A program made the translations under genes and the position numbers. 20,000 bases of DNA from an uncultured virus (IMG/VR IMGVR_UViG_3300032334_001252) (lineage: Duplodnaviria > Heunggongvirae > Uroviricota > Caudoviricetes), in IMG/VR virus record IMGVR_UViG_3300032334_001252; one strand, 5' to 3'. Position 1 is the stretch's first letter; each line of letters starts with the position of its first letter. The notes under the pieces were generated by a model, which was given only the letters and a program-made list of their open reading frames with translations, did no database searches and had not been told where the DNA came from. This document shows, in pieces, positions 14,457 to 20,000 of the stretch.

Positions 14457-14459
14457 TTT

Positions 14460-14532
14460 AGTCAGTTCCCAGATGACTTTAAAAATGTGGGCTGCTCAAT
14501 GGCCAACGCAAAGAGCATAAGGTAACAGTTGG
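14460..14532 (+). ncRNA. putative tandem pseudoknot RNA
   Basis: AGTCA/TGACT + CCCA/TGGG; TGCTC/GAGCA + CCAAC/GTTGG. Confidence 0.45.
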
Positions 14533-14536
14533 ATTT

Positions 14537-14611
14537 GCCGACTTAGCACAGTGGTAGTGCAATCGCCTTGTAAGCGATAGGTCATCAGTTCGAATCCGAT
14601 AGTCGGCACCA
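14537..14611 (+). tRNA. tRNA-Thr(UGU)
   Basis: GCCGACT/AGTCGGC, CT-TGT-AA, ACCA. Confidence 0.95.
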
Positions 14612-14625
14612 TATAGAAAGTTTAT

Positions 14626-14754
14626 ATGATCGGTAATTTAATCTTAGTTGCTATAATTATAGGACTGCATGGTTATTGGATTTATGCAATAGCTACCTAT
14701 GACTGGTCTAAACATGATGAAGATAAAACTACATACGACAATGATATGTGGTAA
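14626..14754 (+). CDS. 42-aa single-pass membrane peptide
   Basis: Hand-translated MIGNLILVAIIIGLHGYWIYAIATYDWSKHDEDKTTYDNDMW. Confidence 0.55.
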   Translation: MIGNLILVAIIIGLHGYWIYAIATYDWSKHDEDKTTYDNDMW

Positions 14755-14755
14755 C

Positions 14756-14863
14756 TATAACAAAACACACTACTTGCCACTTAATAAATATACGCGGAGT
14801 ATCGTACGTAAACCTTCCGCGGGTAACTAGGTCGCACCTAGCATAGGTAGTGTGTTTTCTATA
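14756..14863 (+). ncRNA. stem-closed RNA cassette 2 (unknown)
   Basis: AAAACACACTAC/GTAGTGTGTTTT stem; inner CGCGGA/TCCGCG and CTAGGT-CGC-ACCTAG. Confidence 0.5.
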
Positions 14864-14947
14864 TTTAAACACTTTGGTCAGCACTGTGGGAAGCGCAGAT
14901 GGACAACACTAGAACAAGGTTCGAATCCAAACTAGGGTGTTTAAATA
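14862..14947 (+). ncRNA. stem-closed RNA cassette 3 with T-loop sequence (unknown)
   Basis: 17-bp TATTTAAACACTTTGGT/ACTAGGGTGTTTAAATA; inner CTGTG/CGCAG hairpin and GGTTCGAATCC. Confidence 0.5.
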
Positions 14948-14948
14948 T

Positions 14949-15275
14949 GGTTGTATGAAATAGACAGAAAAGCGTTGTGGACGCGGGTGCAAATCCCGCC
15001 AGCTCCACCATAAAGTATATTGAAGCGATCGATAGCTGTGGGACGCGTTCCGACTTTAAGTGCGATATACTTTTTGATGGGGCTGTTATAGATTCGACAT
15101 GGCGACAAGTACAAAAGTGGACAACTCGGAAAAGTGGAATCCGTTAGGACTGGGGAATCCTGGTCGCAGAACACACCAAAAGTAAACGCAAACGACTCAC
15201 AGTTCGCATTGGCAGCCTAAACGCTGACTAGGGTTTTGTCAAGTTTTCCTCGTAACAGAATAAACTTGACCCTAA
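14949..15275 (+). ncRNA. ssrA: circularly permuted (two-piece) tmRNA; tag (A)NDSQFALAA
   Basis: T-arm and CAGCTCC-ACCA (ends 15010) precede GGGGCTG..ATTCGAC (starts 15079); G3:U70; tag ORF 15188-15220. Outer ends approximate. Confidence 0.92.
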
Positions 15276-15293
15276 ATTTAACAAGGTAACACA

Positions 15294-15884
15294 ATGACAG
15301 AAGATATTAAAATTACAACACCTGCAGAGTATTTTACTAAAAATACTGGCAATCAATATGAGTTTTACCTTAGCGGTCAAATTGAGTCTGCTGATAATTA
15401 TATTCAATGGTTTGATGTAATCAGAAATGCTAGGGAACAGGACACAGTAAAAATCTATATTAATAGCCCTGGTGGTGACTTGTATACTGCACTACAATTT
15501 TTGCGTGTAATGGGTGAGTGTGAAGCGCACTTGGTCACCAGTGTTGAAGGTTGTTGCATGAGTGCAGCTACCATGATATTTTTAAGTGGTCATGAGTATC
15601 AAGTAACTCCACACAGTTTATTTATGTTTCACAATTACAGTGGTGGCGTATTTGGTAAAGGCGGTGAACAATACGATCAAATTCAGTACGAACGTGCTTG
15701 GTCTGAAAAGTTTATGAACGAAGTCTACAAAGACTTCTTAACCACTGACGAAATCAAGTCTATGTTAGATAACAAAGATATTTGGATGACGTCGGAACAA
15801 GTATTAGAACGTATCGAAAAGGTAATGAAAAAGTTACATGAAGAACAACAAGCTATGGAAGCTGCTAGCCAAATCGCTGGGTGA
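15294..15884 (+). CDS. clpP: ClpP-like serine protease (peptidase S14)
   Basis: IYINSPGGD, CMSAATMIFLSG (Ser), FMFHN (His), KDIWMT (Asp). Confidence 0.88.
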   Translation: MTEDIKITTPAEYFTKNTGNQYEFYLSGQIESADNYIQWFDVIRNAREQDTVKIYINSPGGDLYTALQFLRVMGECEAHLVTSVEGCCMSAATMIFLSGHEYQVTPHSLFMFHNYSGGVFGKGGEQYDQIQYERAWSEKFMNEVYKDFLTTDEIKSMLDNKDIWMTSEQVLERIEKVMKKLHEEQQAMEAASQIAG

Positions 15885-16002
15885 TAAATCTGGTTGGGAT
15901 GAGCGTTCTAGTGATCAAATTGCACTAATTAGATTAGCAGTTGTTTTAGTATACATTATAACTAATATTTTTATCATCAGTGGTGTTATACATCACTGGT
16001 AA
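15838..16002 (+). CDS. 54-aa membrane peptide
   Basis: Hand-translated MKNNKLWKLLAKSLGDKSG...IALIRLAVVLVYIITNIFIISGVIHHW. Confidence 0.6.
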   Translation: MKNNKLWKLLAKSLGDKSGWDERSSDQIALIRLAVVLVYIITNIFIISGVIHHW

Positions 16003-16004
16003 TT

Positions 16005-16080
16005 GCAGGTAAGGTGTTTATGGATACACGCAAGTCTTCCAAACTTGAGTAGACCAGTTCGATACTGGCTACCTGCTCCA
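16005..16080 (+). tRNA. tRNA-Gly(UCC)
   Basis: GCAGGTA/TACCTGC, CT-TCC-AA, U73, CCA. Confidence 0.9.
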
Positions 16081-16086
16081 AATAAT

Positions 16087-16162
16087 GCGTGCTTAGCTCA
16101 GTTGGTAGAGCGGAACGTTGCCAACGTTCAGGTCGCAGGTTCGAACCCTGTAGCCCGCACCA
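16087..16162 (+). tRNA. tRNA-Gly(GCC)
   Basis: GCGTGCT/AGCCCGC, TT-GCC-AA, A73. Confidence 0.9.
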
Positions 16163-16163
16163 A

Positions 16164-16238
16164 GCCCAGTTAGCTCAGTGGTAGAGCAATGCTTTTACAC
16201 GGCGGAGGTCGGCAGTTCGAAACTGTCACTGGGTACCA
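16164..16238 (+). tRNA. tRNA-Val(UAC)
   Basis: GCCCAGT/ACTGGGT, TT-TAC-AC, weak anticodon stem. Confidence 0.9.
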
Positions 16239-16251
16239 CAAAGGAAAACAA

Positions 16252-16830
16252 GTGTCTAATATATTTTTTTGTAGCGATCATCACTTTCATCATGCCAACA
16301 TCCTAAACTTTAAGCGCGATGATAGTACACCACTTCGCACATTTGATGATGTTAATCACATGAATGAGTACATGGTTATGCAACATAACCGAGTGGTTAA
16401 ACCTAATGATAAAGTATATTTTTTAGGTGACGTTGCTATGCCAAAAACGGCAGAAGCATTAAAAATCTTGGCTAGAATGAATGGCGAAAAGATTTTAATT
16501 AAAGGCAATCACGATATATGTAAACCTACACAATACCTAGAGTATTTTAAAGATATTCGTGGTGTATATCATATTGATGGATTTGTAATGAGCCATGTGC
16601 CATTACATCCAGACTCATTACAACGATGGGGTATTAACATACACGGACACTTACATCAAAGAGAAGTATTGCTAGACAATAAACATCCAGATACTAGATA
16701 CTTTAGTGTTTGCATGGAACGATTAGATGACTATCAACCCATTTCACTAGAACAAATTAAAAAGCAATGTTTGGTGCGCAAACAGCACTCGCATCATTAT
16801 TTTGATTATGATAGAAATTTGGGCCGGTAG
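16252..16830 (+). CDS. calcineurin-like metallophosphoesterase
   Basis: SDHHFHH, YFLGD, KGNHD, SH.P, NIHGHLH; GTG start after AAGGA; stop inside tRNA-Ile2. Confidence 0.88.
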   Translation: MSNIFFCSDHHFHHANILNFKRDDSTPLRTFDDVNHMNEYMVMQHNRVVKPNDKVYFLGDVAMPKTAEALKILARMNGEKILIKGNHDICKPTQYLEYFKDIRGVYHIDGFVMSHVPLHPDSLQRWGINIHGHLHQREVLLDNKHPDTRYFSVCMERLDDYQPISLEQIKKQCLVRKQHSHHYFDYDRNLGR

Positions 16831-16895
16831 CTTAATGGTAAAGCAGGCGACTCATAATCGCTTGAGTGGGAGTTCAATTCTCTCTCGGCCCACCA
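16821..16895 (+). tRNA. tRNA-Ile2(CAU), lysidine type
   Basis: GGGCCGG/TCGGCCC; anticodon arm GGCGA-CT-CAT-AA-TCGCT as in enterobacterial ileX. Confidence 0.85.
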
Positions 16896-16898
16896 CTA

Positions 16899-16925
16899 CA
16901 ACCCAGCTTTAAGCTGGGTTTTTTG
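16899..16925 (+). terminator. intrinsic terminator ending the tRNA region
   Basis: AACCCAGC-TTTAA-GCTGGGTT followed by T-tract. Confidence 0.85.
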
Positions 16926-16942
16926 TTTGTTGAAATATTCAC

Positions 16943-16971
16943 TTGAATCAACAAACTGTTTTTGATATAAT
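16943..16971 (+). promoter_or_regulatory. sigma70-type promoter
   Basis: TTGAAT-17 nt-TATAAT with extended -10 TG. Confidence 0.8.
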
Positions 16972-17007
16972 ATATGTTCTGAAACAAACTTTAACAGGAA
17001 ACACAAC

Positions 17008-17373
17008 ATGAAAATTTATTTTGGTCAAGTATCACAAGATGACGTAGATGCCTTTGGTGAAGATGGGCTAATTGGCCCAGATTCTAATGGTAACTTTTAT
17101 GGACAGTATGTAGAGTATGGAACTAACCCAGGCGGTTTAGATGAAATTGTTATTGCAGATGGATGCAATCGCATGGTTCCAATTACTGTTGAGTCATTGA
17201 CAGACTTGATTGTAGCATTGCAAGATATTCAAGAAGCTAATGAAAAGATTGCACAAGCTAAAAAACTGAAAAAACATATGAAAAGCGATGGTATTAAATA
17301 TGTGGAAGACGAAGAAGTATTTTGGGACATCGAAGTCGACTACCAACAATCCTTTAAAGGTACTGGTTGGTAA
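17008..17373 (+). CDS. hypothetical protein
   Basis: AGGA RBS, 121 aa. Confidence 0.75.
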   Translation: MKIYFGQVSQDDVDAFGEDGLIGPDSNGNFYGQYVEYGTNPGGLDEIVIADGCNRMVPITVESLTDLIVALQDIQEANEKIAQAKKLKKHMKSDGIKYVEDEEVFWDIEVDYQQSFKGTGW

Positions 17374-17584
17374 TCTTTCCACAGAGTGGAAAGTAGTATC
17401 TATAGATTACTTAAGAGAAGTACACGACACTGTTAATGCTGGATTGGCATCTCCTATAATTAAAACTTATGGAGATGCTTTTGAAGTGTTAGAGTTTTTA
17501 GATACTAATAAGGTTGTAGAACTACAACCCTTAGAGGGTGAAAATGGTATTTTTAAAATAAGAAAGGTAGATTATAGTGGCTAA
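17288..17584 (+). CDS. hypothetical protein (start uncertain)
   Basis: Fills gap between neighbouring ORFs. Confidence 0.55.
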   Translation: MVLNMWKTKKYFGTSKSTTNNPLKVLVGNLSTEWKVVSIDYLREVHDTVNAGLASPIIKTYGDAFEVLEFLDTNKVVELQPLEGENGIFKIRKVDYSG

Positions 17585-17972
17585 ATCAGGCAGTAAGTCT
17601 CAAGAAGGTTATTACAGCAGTTATAAGTCTAGCAACAAGTGGCAGAGTAATCGTAAACGCAAATTAGAAAAGTTGCTAAAAACTCAGCCTAATAATGAAC
17701 AAATTAAACAAGCACTAAAAAATCTAAAATACAGACGTAAAATTCCACAAGGTAAATCTATGTGGACAAAACAAAATATTCAAACTGCTAAACTATTTAA
17801 ATTGTTTACTGGTCGTGCAAGTCATGATCTATTTAGTAGTAATCCTCAAGTGCAAGCCGCTGCTTTGATGACTCGTAGTGACTCCTCAAAGCATAAAGTT
17901 CCCGAAGGTAAAGTTAGCTTTAGTTTAGGTGCTCGAGCGCACGATTCTAAAGGTAACTTAATATGGGGTTGA
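17577..17972 (+). CDS. basic hypothetical protein
   Basis: GTG start after AAGG; Lys/Arg-rich. Confidence 0.7.
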   Translation: MAKSGSKSQEGYYSSYKSSNKWQSNRKRKLEKLLKTQPNNEQIKQALKNLKYRRKIPQGKSMWTKQNIQTAKLFKLFTGRASHDLFSSNPQVQAAALMTRSDSSKHKVPEGKVSFSLGARAHDSKGNLIWG

Positions 17973-18226
17973 TTGAGTATTATATTATATTTGCTCTAAC
18001 TACAGGACTATCTAGTTGTTATTTATTTTTAGTACCAGCTATTAAGAAAGCAAAAACACAAGGAATTATAAATAGTTTTACTATGAATACCAACCTAAGT
18101 TATTTAATTTACATATTAAGTAGTGCTATTTTTGCTCCACTAACAATTTTTCCTATCATATTTGATACTAGTGGCACAAAATTTATGACTGGTATTGAAC
18201 GAGTAGTATTAGAACAAGACAAATAA
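17963..18226 (+). CDS. membrane protein (2 TM)
   Basis: Two hydrophobic segments. Confidence 0.7.
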   Translation: MGLIEYYIIFALTTGLSSCYLFLVPAIKKAKTQGIINSFTMNTNLSYLIYILSSAIFAPLTIFPIIFDTSGTKFMTGIERVVLEQDK

Positions 18227-18236
18227 AAATTTACAT

Positions 18237-18265
18237 TTGACGCTAAACCTCAAACACTATATAAT
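18237..18265 (+). promoter_or_regulatory. sigma70-type promoter
   Basis: TTGACG-17 nt-TATAAT. Confidence 0.8.
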
Positions 18266-18297
18266 ATATACTTAATCGAAATAAAGAAAGGCAAACC

Positions 18298-18570
18298 ATG
18301 AAATTTGTAGAATTTAGATATACTAAAGCTGACGGCTCAGTTTCTGATCGAGCTATTATCGAATTGGTAACACCTACCAAGTATGTTGAAGGTATTGATG
18401 TTACACAAATGCCAGAGTCAGACTTTGCAGCTTTTACTGTTGCAATGAGCAATCTCAAGCGTACTCAACACGAACAAACCATGCAATTGCTCGCAGATTT
18501 TGATTTAAAACACAACTATCGCAAATTTATCCCTGAACAAATGACTAACGTCATTTCAGACTTCGTATAA
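18298..18570 (+). CDS. hypothetical protein
   Basis: F.YTKADGSVSDR N-terminus; AAGG RBS. Confidence 0.75.
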   Translation: MKFVEFRYTKADGSVSDRAIIELVTPTKYVEGIDVTQMPESDFAAFTVAMSNLKRTQHEQTMQLLADFDLKHNYRKFIPEQMTNVISDFV

Positions 18571-18593
18571 ACACAACTAAGGAAATATTAAAA

Positions 18594-18953
18594 ATGGCAA
18601 CTTGGACAGAAGAACTCAAAGCAAAAGTTATTGAAATGTATGAAGGTGCAGGTCCTACACCTGAGTCTAGTACTGAAATCATCAAAGATATTGCAGAAGA
18701 AATTGAAATGTCGCCTAATGGCGTTCGCATGGTACTAGTGCAAGCTGGTGTCTATGTTAAGAAAGAAGCAAGCACTTCACCCAGTAAAACAAAAACTACC
18801 AGTGGTGAAGGCACAAAGCGTGTTAGCAAAGAGTCTAGCATTGCTGAATTGACTGCCGCTATTGAAGCAGCTGGTAAACCTGTTGACGAAGATATTCTCA
18901 GCAAGTTGACTGGTAAGGCAGCAGTATACTTCTTGAGCGTACTGAAGGCGTAA
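18594..18953 (+). CDS. T5 D3-like DNA-binding protein
   Basis: WTEEL...S.EI..DIA....SPNGVRM.L..AG.Y.KK...KLTGKAA.Y, recalled similarity to T5 D3. Confidence 0.7.
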   Translation: MATWTEELKAKVIEMYEGAGPTPESSTEIIKDIAEEIEMSPNGVRMVLVQAGVYVKKEASTSPSKTKTTSGEGTKRVSKESSIAELTAAIEAAGKPVDEDILSKLTGKAAVYFLSVLKA

Positions 18954-18957
18954 GTTT

Positions 18958-18981
18958 AGGCGGCCTTGTGCCGCCTTTTTT
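18958..18981 (+). terminator. intrinsic terminator
   Basis: AGGCGGC-CTTGT-GCCGCCT then T-tract. Confidence 0.8.
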
Positions 18982-18998
18982 ATTTGAAAGGAATTGAC

Positions 18999-19616
18999 AT
19001 GGCACGTAAACGTAGTGAAATTGAAGAAGAAAGAATGACAGATGCTAATATTGCAAAAGTTATTAAACTACTAGAACCCGAAGAAGGTAAAGCTATCACT
19101 AAAAAAGATGCCTGTCAAATCCTTGGTATGGCATATAATACTACTCGTTTAGGTACTATTATTGAAGAATTTAAAAAGAAACAAGAACGTACTGCTAAAC
19201 GTAAAGCCGAGTTGCGTGGTAAACCTGCAACTCAAGACGAAATTGTGTATATTATTACAGAATACCTTAATGGTGAAACTGTAGATAGTATTACTAAGTC
19301 TACTTATCGCGGCCCTGCTTTTATTAAACAAATCTTAGAAAATAATAGTGTTCCTATTCGGCAAACTTCGCACGACTATTTCAATCCAGAACTTATTCCT
19401 GATGGAGCAACTCGTGAACGATTTAAAATTGGAGAAATTGTCTACAGCGCTAGATACGACTCCATTGCCAGAATTGACAGTGAGCAACGAGATAGTAGAT
19501 ATGGGTGGATTTACCGAGTATGGCTACTTGCCGAAAAGTGGAAACAAAGTGCATATCAAGAAGCATACGAACTAGCCAGTCTAGAACACTTGCGTGAAAT
19601 TGGAGTGCGAATATAA
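18999..19616 (+). CDS. T5 D5-like transcription regulator
   Basis: KVI..LE...TKK.AC..LG...N...IEE...RG...I.EYL.G...YR, recalled similarity to T5 D5; ATG after AAGGA. Confidence 0.7.
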   Translation: MARKRSEIEEERMTDANIAKVIKLLEPEEGKAITKKDACQILGMAYNTTRLGTIIEEFKKKQERTAKRKAELRGKPATQDEIVYIITEYLNGETVDSITKSTYRGPAFIKQILENNSVPIRQTSHDYFNPELIPDGATRERFKIGEIVYSARYDSIARIDSEQRDSRYGWIYRVWLLAEKWKQSAYQEAYELASLEHLREIGVRI

Positions 19617-19891
19617 TGGATGACAATATTCACTATAACAAACTAATCGAAGAAAACATGGAAAAAGGTTTTCAAGTTAGATTAGTAGTAAATGAATTTA
19701 GGGATGTTCAGTATATTCAGTTACGAAAATATTTCCTTACCTATGAAGGCGATTGGCAAGCTAGTCGTGAGGGTATCTCAATCCCTGCTAGTACTGAGAA
19801 TATCTATAGTCTGCTGGACGGATTATTTGATATTTGCAGTAAAGCAGAGGGTGAAGATATTATCAGACACTACGCTGAAAAATTGTCTTGA
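19616..19891 (+). CDS. PC4/p15-like ssDNA-binding protein
   Basis: VNEFRDVQYIQLRKYF...GDW...REGISIP. Confidence 0.75.
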   Translation: MDDNIHYNKLIEENMEKGFQVRLVVNEFRDVQYIQLRKYFLTYEGDWQASREGISIPASTENIYSLLDGLFDICSKAEGEDIIRHYAEKLS

Positions 19892-19916
19892 TCTTTAGAC
19901 CCTAAACTGGTATAAT
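19888..19916 (+). promoter_or_regulatory. sigma70-type promoter
   Basis: TTGATC-17 nt-TATAAT. Confidence 0.75.
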
Positions 19917-19941
19917 ATATCTTCTTTAAAATAAAATCACT

Positions 19942-20000
19942 ATGAACAAACTTGAACAATACTTAAATTTAGCAAGCCGAATGTATTATGCTGGTACTCC
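19942..20000 (+). CDS. probable NAD-dependent DNA ligase N-terminus (runs off window)
   Basis: MNKLEQYLNLASRMYYAGT; YY motif and T5 synteny after PC4-like gene. Confidence 0.55.
   Translation, partial: MNKLEQYLNLASRMYYAGT

Noticed and set aside
9236..14947. CRISPR array or MITE interpretation of the repeated stems
   Set aside because: No regularly spaced direct repeats, no cas or transposase gene, no clear target-site duplication
14862..14947. Hammerhead ribozyme
   Set aside because: CAGATGG and CGAA only loosely resemble the CUGAUGA/GAAA core
14941..15174. Minus-strand 77-aa ORF
   Set aside because: Antisense shadow of tmRNA
16189..16251. Longer N-terminus of the metallophosphoesterase
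   Set aside because: Lies within tRNA-Val; GTG at 16252 has an AAGGA RBS
696..19898. Other antisense or alternate-frame ORFs (696+, 1019+, 5846-, 7843-, 10072-, 17194-, 18243-, 19149-, 19348+, 19692+)
   Set aside because: Overlap better-supported genes and lack RBS or motifs

Overview
AT-rich segment of a lytic tailed phage related to T5 (Demerecviridae-like). Support: D3-like, D5-like and PC4-like genes and the start of an NAD-dependent ligase at the right end, many strong sigma70 promoters (TTGNNN-17-TATAAT), and a T5-type U-1 tRNA-His. Bases 1-4.1 kb are a leftward block (thyX, metallophosphoesterase, SleB-like hydrolase, 2OG-Fe(II) oxygenase, small DksA/TraR-, AbrB- and Xre/MbcA-like proteins). 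From 4.1 kb everything runs rightward: Hsp20 behind a ROSE-like thermometer, UvsE, and a ~10 kb RNA-gene region with 26 tRNAs covering all 20 amino acids and a permuted two-piece tmRNA directly followed by a ClpP-like protease. Most novel signals: (i) a ~230-nt structured RNA containing a circularly permuted tRNA mimic; (ii) a family of long-stem-closed RNA cassettes and pseudoknots between tRNAs; (iii) four ORFs, one an ArfA-like basic peptide, whose stop codons lie inside the downstream tRNA, so tRNA maturation would make non-stop mRNAs for the phage tmRNA/ClpP pair; (iv) an 8/4-fold tRNA-Ser. All family calls and folds are by eye, with no database search.
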